A DNA stretch of 64,000 nucleotides from Marinobacter sp. (GTDB lineage Bacteria; Pseudomonadota; Gammaproteobacteria; Pseudomonadales; Oleiphilaceae), in assembly GCF_052091845.1 (NCBI RefSeq), contig NZ_JBQDCO010000008.1, forward strand, positions 16,180 to 80,179. The letters are read 5' to 3'. A program made the position numbers and the translations under genes. Below the pieces are notes generated by a model that worked only from the letters and a program-made list of their open reading frames with translations, made no database searches and was not told the DNA's origin. Positions 7,871 through 15,544 of this stretch are shown piece after piece; position 1 is the first letter of the stretch, and every line of letters starts with the position of its first letter.

Positions 7871-10264
7871 ATGCTTACTCATGCGTTAGCGCGATCAGGG
7901 TTGGTTACCGTGGTGTCTGCACTGCTGCTCAGTGGCTGCTTCGACGATTCTGGCAGCTCGCCGGGATCCGGTCTGGGGAGCAGCGCTCCGGATCTTGATC
8001 TCACCACTTTGTCCAGCGCGCCGGATCAGGTCAGCGGCAACAGTGTCCTGATTGGTCTTGAGGGCGAACCTGCCGCAATTGCCGAAGAAAGAGACAGCCT
8101 GGAGTACTGGCTGAATGGCACCAGGGTTACTCCGGTGATTCGAGAGGGGCGTAATGGCCCGGAAATGCTGGTGTCCGGACTGTTTGAGGGTGAAAACCGG
8201 CTGGAGCTGCACCATGGTGAACATGGCCCCCTAAGCGACCTTACTCTGAACGTTTACCCAATAACCGGCCCGATATTTTCTGGTCCGCATCAATATCCGT
8301 TTGTGTGTACGGTGACGACCGAGCTGGATAAACAGCCCCTGGTTGATACCTCCGGTGATACCGGTTTCCCGGTTATGAATGACAGTGGCAGCCAGATTGG
8401 TTTGAGTAAAGACTGCTCTATCGACTCCTATGTGGCGTTCGTGTATCGCACCACCGGTGATGAATGGGCACCCCTGCCAGAGGATGGTTCCCGGCCCGAC
8501 GATATGGCCACCACGAAGTTGGTTGATGGGCGTGTTGTTGATTTCATCGTTCGGCAGGAGCGAGGCACCATTAACCGCTTTATCTACAGTTTTGCCACCC
8601 TGGCGGAGCTGGGGGACGAATCCGGGGACACCTCGGCTGCTCACTGGAATGGACGCCTGTTGTTCCACTTTCAGGGCGGCGTTGCTATTGGGCACACGCA
8701 AGGTAATATCAGTGACAGTCGGGCGTTGCAGCCAGAGACCCTTGCAAAGGGTTACGCCGTTATTTATTCCACCGGCACCAAAACAGACACCCACTATAAC
8801 CTTCAGGTAGGCGGTGAAACGGCGCTTATGGTGAAGGAACACTTCATTAAGCGCTTTGGCGTGCCCGAGTATACTGTGGCCATTGGTGGCTCCGGCGGCG
8901 GCATTCAGCAGTATGTGTATTCCCGGAATTATCCGGATTTGCTGGATGCGGGCGTACCCCAGTACTCCTATCCCGATATGGTGACTCAGGTCATTCACGT
9001 CGGAGACTGTGAACTGCTGGAGTATTATATGGACGCCACCGACAGAAATAACGATAAATGGAGAACAACCAGCAATCGTGGTTGGCTGGTGGGCTTGAAT
9101 GCCAGCGATGCATACCCGGATCCGTTAGCCGAAGCAAAAACCATGTTGGGGTTCAGCTCGGCCCCGGGCATGACCGAGTGTATTCCCGCCTGGCGCGGCC
9201 TGGCCCCACTGGTGATGAACCCATTTTTCGGGGGGGTCGATAATCAGGAGTTGATGCAGCCTGATGGCGTAATGGATGCCGTGCAGTGGACGCACTATAA
9301 CGACCTGAAAAATATCTACGGGGTTGATGAGAACGGCAATCCCCGCACTCTGTATGACAACGTAGGTGTGCAGTACGGGCTGGGCGCCTTGCGTGATGGC
9401 CATATCACCCGCGCCGAGTTCTTGAAGCTGAACGCCCGGATTGGCGGCTGGAAGCAACCCTCCGAGATGGTACCTGAGGGGTTTCCGTTTACTGGTTCAT
9501 TTGAGGATGTGCTGGCGGACCGCATCGAATTTGATCCCTGGAGTGCCCGCAATATGAACCTGAGCCCCGATGGTATTGAACCGGCGCCGCGCACAGAGGG
9601 TGACTTGGAAGCGATTCAGGCCGCTTATGAATCCGGGATGGTGTTTGACGGTCAACTCAATATGCCCGTTATAGACTGGCGGCATTATCTGGAGGAGGTG
9701 TTGGACATGCACAACAGCCATCAGTCTTTCTCTAGCCGGCAGCGCATCATCAATCAAATGGGTAATGCCGACCATCAGGTTATCTGGTTTACCGATACTC
9801 GCCCGACCGTCACCTCGGATTCTGGCGAGCCCAAGCCGCAGGAAGAATCAAATCCAACCTGGATGGCGCTGGAGGTACTGCACGAATGGTTGATGAATAT
9901 GCGTGCGAACCCGGAGCAGAGCATCGCGCAGAGCAAGCCTGCAGAGGCGGTGGACGCCTGCTATAAAACCAATGGTGACCTGATAGCTGCGGGAGAGGAT
10001 GTCTGGAGTGGCATTCTTGACAACCGACCTGAGGGGGCATGTACCGAAGCGTTCAAAACCTACACGACCTCACGCATGGTGGCCGGAGGGCCTATTGAGG
10101 GCAGTGTTTTCAAGTGCAGCCTGAAGCCGGTTGCAACCGCTCTGGAAGACGACACTTACGGCAGTGTTTCGTTTACCGAGGATGAAGTCACGCGGCTGAA
10201 TGAGATCTTCCCGGGCGGTGTCTGCGATTACCGCCAGCCGGATCAGGGCCGTCCGGCGGATTAA
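7871..10264 (+). CDS. predicted secreted lipoprotein of unknown function (possible serine hydrolase)
   Basis: 797-aa ORF with a signal peptide and lipobox LLSGC (Cys23). There is a nucleophile-elbow-like motif in AIGGSGGGIQQY. I recognise no characterised family with certainty. Confidence 0.6.
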   Translation: MLTHALARSGLVTVVSALLLSGCFDDSGSSPGSGLGSSAPDLDLTTLSSAPDQVSGNSVLIGLEGEPAAIAEERDSLEYWLNGTRVTPVIREGRNGPEMLVSGLFEGENRLELHHGEHGPLSDLTLNVYPITGPIFSGPHQYPFVCTVTTELDKQPLVDTSGDTGFPVMNDSGSQIGLSKDCSIDSYVAFVYRTTGDEWAPLPEDGSRPDDMATTKLVDGRVVDFIVRQERGTINRFIYSFATLAELGDESGDTSAAHWNGRLLFHFQGGVAIGHTQGNISDSRALQPETLAKGYAVIYSTGTKTDTHYNLQVGGETALMVKEHFIKRFGVPEYTVAIGGSGGGIQQYVYSRNYPDLLDAGVPQYSYPDMVTQVIHVGDCELLEYYMDATDRNNDKWRTTSNRGWLVGLNASDAYPDPLAEAKTMLGFSSAPGMTECIPAWRGLAPLVMNPFFGGVDNQELMQPDGVMDAVQWTHYNDLKNIYGVDENGNPRTLYDNVGVQYGLGALRDGHITRAEFLKLNARIGGWKQPSEMVPEGFPFTGSFEDVLADRIEFDPWSARNMNLSPDGIEPAPRTEGDLEAIQAAYESGMVFDGQLNMPVIDWRHYLEEVLDMHNSHQSFSSRQRIINQMGNADHQVIWFTDTRPTVTSDSGEPKPQEESNPTWMALEVLHEWLMNMRANPEQSIAQSKPAEAVDACYKTNGDLIAAGEDVWSGILDNRPEGACTEAFKTYTTSRMVAGGPIEGSVFKCSLKPVATALEDDTYGSVSFTEDEVTRLNEIFPGGVCDYRQPDQGRPAD

Positions 10265-10267
10265 GTG

Positions 10268-10302
10268 CATTGCCGAAGAGTCAGGCAGACTCTTCGGCAA
10301 TG
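10268..10302. terminator. perfect 15-bp stem / 5-nt loop hairpin between convergent genes (no U-tract)
   Basis: cattgccgaagagtc-aggca-gactcttcggcaatg. It starts 4 nt after the lipoprotein stop, and its loop and right arm encode the last codons of paaX. Confidence 0.45.
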
Positions 10303-11252
10303 ATTGTGCTGTTACCCGCTATATTGTCCTGAGCCAAGCCTCCAAAACGGCGATAAAAGCCTTGGCTTGGCCCGGGTAGCGGGCCTGAAGCATTCTCTAA
10401 AATACCCGCCAAATACTCATCAGAGCGATGGTATATCGCCCGGTATAAGTTGCGGCAAAGCTGCTTGGCGCTGCGCCCTTCCCAATCGCCAGGAAGGAGC
10501 TCGTCTGGCAGCAGCGGATCCCGAAGCAGTATCTTGCGGTATTCATGAATCAGTAAAATGCGGGCGGTTACGCAGTCTTCCGGGCTTAGATTGTCGTGGG
10601 TGCTGAGCTCCCGCCACAGGGGTCGAAACCTTTCCAGAAAGCGCTTATAGCGAAAGCCCAGTTCGTCCAGGTTCCAGCTATCTTTAACTTGCCGGCGTAA
10701 GGCTCGCGGGCTTCGTTGTTCCAGCGGTTGGGTTTGCATCACGATGGTGTCTTCCAGTGCACCCCATTCCTGAAGCAGAGGAACCAGCTCGTGACGTGTG
10801 AAGCGTGGATGCTCCATCACGCCTGAGGCCATACTGCCGAAGCTCAGCCACTTTAGCTCTTCCCGCACTCTGGCCCGTGTTTCAGGCTCAAGCTGGTTGA
10901 GAAACACCAGGCACCAGCTGCCATTCCAGTCTTCCGTGCCAAGTGTATAAACATGTTCGAATGCTTGCTGAAAGCGTCTCAAGCCTGCGCCAGTCACGCT
11001 GTAATAGCTGCACCGTCCTACTTTCTCAGTTTGCAGCCAGCCATCCTGAACCAGTCGGTAAACCGAGGTGCGTACCAGTCGCTCACTCACACCCATCGGC
11101 GTTAGCAGTTTCATCAGGCTGCCCAGCCAGACGTTGCCGCCACGCGGGTGCATGATGTCGCCATAGGTTGTGATGATCAAAGACCCTGCCCGCAAAGGGC
11201 GTTTTTTTTGGAAGTCGTGGATCAGGCTTTCGAGCTGTTGTTTTGCTGACAT
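10281..11252 (-). CDS. paaX: phenylacetic acid degradation operon repressor PaaX
   Basis: The N-terminal winged-helix region (SLIITTYGD...GGNVWLGSLMKLLTPMGVSERLVRTSVYRLVQDGWL) is characteristic of the PaaX family. It lies within the paa locus. Confidence 0.85.
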   Translation of the reverse strand: MSAKQQLESLIHDFQKKRPLRAGSLIITTYGDIMHPRGGNVWLGSLMKLLTPMGVSERLVRTSVYRLVQDGWLQTEKVGRCSYYSVTGAGLRRFQQAFEHVYTLGTEDWNGSWCLVFLNQLEPETRARVREELKWLSFGSMASGVMEHPRFTRHELVPLLQEWGALEDTIVMQTQPLEQRSPRALRRQVKDSWNLDELGFRYKRFLERFRPLWRELSTHDNLSPEDCVTARILLIHEYRKILLRDPLLPDELLPGDWEGRSAKQLCRNLYRAIYHRSDEYLAGILENASGPLPGPSQGFYRRFGGLAQDNIAGNSTIIAEESA

Positions 11253-11413
11253 GATTTCTTATCTCTTCAAAACTTTTCGCCAAGCGGTCGCGGCCGGAAT
11301 ATATCAGATGCACACGATAAGGTGTTAAAACGGCGCATTTGTACTAAGACATTGGTATAGGTTGCTGTAAAAGTTACGAGTCGCAGAGCTTTGCCCAGTT
11401 GACACTTCTGTAG

Positions 11414-11452
11414 TGATACAATATTTTCCATTGATATCTATCAACGGTATCG
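11414..11452. promoter_or_regulatory. candidate PaaX operator TGATAC-N27-GTATCg
   Basis: Same half-sites and exact 27-nt spacing as the two perfect sites at 22913 and 29402 (11/12 half-site positions). Located in the AT-rich paaX/ABC-transporter divergent region. Confidence 0.45.
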
Positions 11453-11647
11453 TATTATTGGAGTGGCGGATAGTCAGTAGTGGCGCCGATAGAGTAGTTT
11501 CTGTTGTGAAGTGCTGAACGCAGGTTGCTGTGAAGAGATACGTGATACGAAAAATCTCGACCTTTGCAGAGAACGATGATCTGTTTTCAGAAATTTTAGG
11601 GTATATAAAACCAGAATGCCCCGACCACATTTAGGAGAACAACAACA

Positions 11648-12808
11648 ATGTTCAATAAAATCACGCGTCGTACCGGCAGGTTTGCGGCTGTTGCAGCGGC
11701 TGGCCTGTTGGCCATGAGCGCTCAGGCGGCTGATCCCATACGGATTGGTTCCTTTTTTTCAGTGACCGGCCCGGCGTCTTTTTTGGGCGACCCGGAATTG
11801 AAAACCCTGGAAATGTATGTTGAAAAAATCAACGAGGAAGGGGGTGTGCTGGGGCGTCAGCTGGAGCTTGTGCACTATGATGATGCAGGCAACGCGTCCA
11901 AGGCCCGCAACTATGCCAGCCGTCTGATTCGCTCAGACCGGGTAGACATGATTGTAGGCGGCAGTACGACAGGCGCTACCATGGCAGCTGCGCCGATGGT
12001 TGAGCAGGCAAAAATCCCGTTCATTTCTCTTGCCGGGGCTGTGGTTATTACCACGCCGGTCAAGAAATGGATATTCAAAACGCCCCAATCTGATCGCATG
12101 GCCGCAGAGCGCATTCTGAATGATATGAAAGATCGCGGCTTCTCCAAAGTTGGCTTGATCTCCGGCACAGGTGGCTTTGGCAGCTCCGGTCGCGAGCAAA
12201 CCCTCGCCGTAGCCAAAGAGATTGGCGGAATCGAAATTATTGCTGATGAAACCTACAGCGGCTCTGATACCGATATGACTGCGCAACTGACTAACATCCG
12301 CAACACCGAAGGCGTTGATGTCATTCTCAACTTTGGTTTTGGTCAGGGGCCTGCGATTGTGACGCGCAACTACGATCAGCTAGGCATTGAGCGCCCGTTC
12401 TACCAGTCTCACGGTGTTGCATCTGACGGCTTTCTGGACCTTGCAGGCAGCAGTGCCAATGGCCTGAGATTGCCAGCTTCTCCTTTGCTGGTGCCCGAAT
12501 CCCTCCCCGAGTCTGATCCGCAGAAGCCTGTGGTTGAAGCGTATAAGAGCGAGTACGAAGCTCGTTGGAACGCCAAAGTATCTACCTTTGGTGCTTACGC
12601 TTATGACGGCCTGATGCTGGCGGTTGAAGCCATTGAGCAAGCCGGAACCACAGACAAGGCTGCTGTGCGTGATGCACTTGAAAGTATCCAGGGCCACGTA
12701 GGTGTTACCGGTACGTACAACATGTCGGCAGACGATCACAACGGCCTTGATGCCCAATCCTTCCGCATTCTGGAAGTTCAGGATGGCAGCTGGAAGCTGA
12801 TCAACTAA
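11648..12808 (+). CDS. ABC transporter substrate-binding protein, LivJ/LivK (branched-chain amino acid-type) family
   Basis: Signal peptide (AAAGLLAMSAQA), type-I periplasmic binding fold motifs (IRIGSFFSVTGPASFLG), AGGAG RBS 9 nt upstream. Confidence 0.85.
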   Translation: MFNKITRRTGRFAAVAAAGLLAMSAQAADPIRIGSFFSVTGPASFLGDPELKTLEMYVEKINEEGGVLGRQLELVHYDDAGNASKARNYASRLIRSDRVDMIVGGSTTGATMAAAPMVEQAKIPFISLAGAVVITTPVKKWIFKTPQSDRMAAERILNDMKDRGFSKVGLISGTGGFGSSGREQTLAVAKEIGGIEIIADETYSGSDTDMTAQLTNIRNTEGVDVILNFGFGQGPAIVTRNYDQLGIERPFYQSHGVASDGFLDLAGSSANGLRLPASPLLVPESLPESDPQKPVVEAYKSEYEARWNAKVSTFGAYAYDGLMLAVEAIEQAGTTDKAAVRDALESIQGHVGVTGTYNMSADDHNGLDAQSFRILEVQDGSWKLIN

Positions 12809-12829
12809 GACGTCTTTAGCCGTACCACA

Positions 12830-12865
12830 GGCCGACAGCTAACCCACTCGGGCTAGCTGTCGGCC
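12830..12865 (+). promoter_or_regulatory. intra-operon stem-loop after the binding-protein gene
   Basis: Perfect 12-bp stem ggccgacagcta/tagctgtcggcc with a 12-nt loop and no U-tract, between the SBP and permease genes. Confidence 0.5.
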
Positions 12866-12886
12866 GCTGCGCGAGCGGACCTGATT

Positions 12887-13762
12887 ATGTTCTCTGAATT
12901 TCTGCAGTACCTGTTTACCGGTATTACCATTGGGGCGACCTATGCCCTGATTGCCTTGGGTTTCACCCTGATTTATAACGCCAGCCACGTGATCAACTTT
13001 GCTCAGGGCGAGTTCCTGATGATTGGTGGCATGGCAACGGTGTCTTTAACAGCCATGGGTGTACCCATGCTGTTTGCGGTTGTGCTTGCTGTGGTTCTCG
13101 CCGGGGTGCTGGGCATCGCCTTACAGCGCCTTGCGATTGCACCGGCAAAAGACGCCAATGTGGTTACGCTGATTATTATTACCATCGGTGCGTCCATTTT
13201 TATTCGTGGCCTGGCTCAACTGGTTTGGGGCAAGGAATACCACGTTATGGCCAACTTCAGCAGCGATGAACCCATACAAATTATGGGCGCCGTACTAAAT
13301 AGCCAGAGCCTTTGGGTGCTGGGTGTGGGTGCTGTGTTGGTAGCGGTGTTGGTGTACTTTTTCACACGCACCCTGACAGGCAAGGCCATTCTGGCAACCT
13401 CCATGAACAAGGATGCCGCCCGACTGGTAGGTATTCGCACCCAGGTGGTGTTGATGCTGGCCTTTATGGTGTCTGCGCTGCTGGGGTCGATTGCAGGCAT
13501 TGTGGTGGCACCGATTACGTTCACCTCTTACGACATTGGCATCATTCTTGGGCTGAAAGGCTTTGTGGCGGCGGCTATCGGTGGCCTGGGCAGCGGCATG
13601 GGCGCTGTTGTGGGCGGTTTGGCGCTGGGCGTGGTGGAGGCCATGGCCGCTGGCTACCTGTCTTCTGATTACAAGGATGCTGTGGCGTTCTCGATGATTT
13701 TGTTGGTGCTGTTCTTTATGCCCCGGGGCCTGTTTGGCGCCAAAATCGTGGAGCGGGTGTAA
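12887..13762 (+). CDS. ABC transporter permease, LivH-like
   Basis: 291-aa polytopic membrane protein. The N-terminus FLQYLFTGITIGATYALIALGFTLIYN is typical of LivH-family permeases. Confidence 0.85.
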   Translation: MFSEFLQYLFTGITIGATYALIALGFTLIYNASHVINFAQGEFLMIGGMATVSLTAMGVPMLFAVVLAVVLAGVLGIALQRLAIAPAKDANVVTLIIITIGASIFIRGLAQLVWGKEYHVMANFSSDEPIQIMGAVLNSQSLWVLGVGAVLVAVLVYFFTRTLTGKAILATSMNKDAARLVGIRTQVVLMLAFMVSALLGSIAGIVVAPITFTSYDIGIILGLKGFVAAAIGGLGSGMGAVVGGLALGVVEAMAAGYLSSDYKDAVAFSMILLVLFFMPRGLFGAKIVERV

Positions 13763-14769
13763 TGATTGATCGACTATTGCAGTTCCGCCTCAGGGGCCTG
13801 GTGTTTCTGGCTATCGTGGTGTTTGCTCTGCCGCTGTTTATCTCCAACCCGTTTCATTACGGTCTGGCCACGCAAATTGCACTGATTGCCGGTGCGGTTA
13901 TCGGGCTGAATCTTTTGGTGGGGTTCGCCGGCCAGATCAGTTTGGGGCATGCAGGGTTTTTCGGGCTGGGCGCCTATTTCAGCGCTATTATGACCGGGAC
14001 TTATGGGTGGTCTGCCATACCGGCGTTAGTGGCCGGTGCCATTGTTGTCGCGCTCATCGCGTGGATTGTCGGGCGCCCGATTCTGCGCCTGAAAGGTCAT
14101 TACCTCTCCATGGCCACCCTGGCTGTGGGGTTTATTATCGCTATCATTCTGAACAATGAACGGGAGATAACCGGAGGGCCAGACGGCATGCCGGTACCCC
14201 CGTTTGATGTATTTGGCTGGGAGCTTAGCCCATTTGGCCAGTACTCCCTGTTCGGCATGGATATCGGCGGTGATCTTGCCTGGTACCTGTTTGCAGTTGT
14301 GGTGCTTTTGGTGGCTGTCTGGTTGGCTCAGAACCTGATTGATTCACCCATTGGCCGCGCCCTGCGATCAGTTCATGGCTCAGAGGTAGCCGCCAGCGTG
14401 GTTGGTGTGAACACCACCAAATATAAAAGCCTGGTGTTTGTGATCTCAGCGGTTTACGCCAGCGTTATGGGGGCTCTCTATGGGCACTTTCAGGGCTTTA
14501 TCACGCCTTCGGTGGCCAGTTTCGATTTTTCAATTTTGCTGATCACCATGGTAGTGCTTGGCGGCATGGGCTCCACCATCGGCGTCATTATTGGCGCGGT
14601 TGTGCTGGAATTGTTGCCCCAGGTGCTGGCCGATTTCCAGGAGTTGGAAATGGTGTTGTTTGGTTTGATCCTGATGCTGACCATGATTTTCATGCCTAAA
14701 GGGCTGTTGCCAACCGCGACTGATTTTGTGAATAAACGACGCGCCAAGTCTGCCGGAGGTGATGTATGA
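13762..14769 (+). CDS. ABC transporter permease, LivM-like
   Basis: 335-aa polytopic membrane protein. GQISLGHAGFFGLGAY motif. The start overlaps the livH-like stop by 1 nt. Confidence 0.85.
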   Translation: MIDRLLQFRLRGLVFLAIVVFALPLFISNPFHYGLATQIALIAGAVIGLNLLVGFAGQISLGHAGFFGLGAYFSAIMTGTYGWSAIPALVAGAIVVALIAWIVGRPILRLKGHYLSMATLAVGFIIAIILNNEREITGGPDGMPVPPFDVFGWELSPFGQYSLFGMDIGGDLAWYLFAVVVLLVAVWLAQNLIDSPIGRALRSVHGSEVAASVVGVNTTKYKSLVFVISAVYASVMGALYGHFQGFITPSVASFDFSILLITMVVLGGMGSTIGVIIGAVVLELLPQVLADFQELEMVLFGLILMLTMIFMPKGLLPTATDFVNKRRAKSAGGDV

Positions 14770-15524
14770 CCGCTCTGGTGGAAGTCAATAATTTGTCCAA
14801 AGCCTTTGGCGGTGTTCACGCCGTGGAAGGCGTGAGTTTCTCGGTAGAGGCTGGCCAGGTTTACTCGGTGATTGGGCCTAACGGCGCTGGTAAAACCACG
14901 TTGTTTAACTTGATTACCGGTCTATACACGCCCACCAGTGGCAGCGTGAAACTGAACGGCGAGAGCACCGCCAAGCTGTTACCGAACCAACTGGCGGAGC
15001 GGGGCATGTGCCGCACGTTCCAGCAGATGCAAATCTGCATGAACATGACAGCCATTGAAAACGTGATGCTGGGCCGGCATTTGACCCTGAAAAGTAACCT
15101 GTTCACCACGCTGTTTCGTTTGCAGGCGCTCACCCGGGGCGAAAAGGCTGCGCGGAAAAAAGCCGCTGAGTTGATGAAATTTGTAGGCTGTGGTCAGTAC
15201 CTTGATACCGAGGCTTCGGCCATGTCATATGGTGCCCTGAAGCGTTTGGAAATCGCCCGAGCGTTAGCCGCAGAGCCAAAGGTAATTCTGCTGGATGAGC
15301 CGGCAGCCGGCCTGAACGCAGTAGAAACAACCGCGTTGGAACAACTGATTCGCAAAATTGCCGAGCAGGGGATTACTGTGATGCTGGTAGAGCACGACAT
15401 GAAGCTGGTGATGGGTATTTCCGATCGTCTGCTGGTGCTTAACTACGGGCGCGTGCTGGCGGAAGGTACACCCGCACAGATTCGCGAAAATCCGGATGTC
15501 ATTGCGGCCTACCTGGGCGGCTAA
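14766..15524 (+). CDS. ABC transporter ATP-binding protein, LivG-like
   Basis: Walker A GPNGAGKTT, signature SYGALKRLEIA, Walker B ILLDEPAAG. ATGA overlap with the upstream gene. Confidence 0.9.
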   Translation: MTALVEVNNLSKAFGGVHAVEGVSFSVEAGQVYSVIGPNGAGKTTLFNLITGLYTPTSGSVKLNGESTAKLLPNQLAERGMCRTFQQMQICMNMTAIENVMLGRHLTLKSNLFTTLFRLQALTRGEKAARKKAAELMKFVGCGQYLDTEASAMSYGALKRLEIARALAAEPKVILLDEPAAGLNAVETTALEQLIRKIAEQGITVMLVEHDMKLVMGISDRLLVLNYGRVLAEGTPAQIRENPDVIAAYLGG

Positions 15525-15544
15525 GCGGAGAAGGAATCAATATC

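Noticed and set aside
11543-11548. Additional TGATAC half-sites (11543-11548 and 29580-29585)
   Set aside because: No GTATCA partner lies 26-28 nt downstream of either one. A lone hexamer is expected by chance, so I do not call these operators.
11325-11630. 101-aa ORF in the paaX/ABC-transporter intergenic region
   Set aside because: The region is AT-rich promoter/operator DNA. The ORF has no RBS, atypical composition and overlaps the candidate PaaX operator, so it is most likely spurious.
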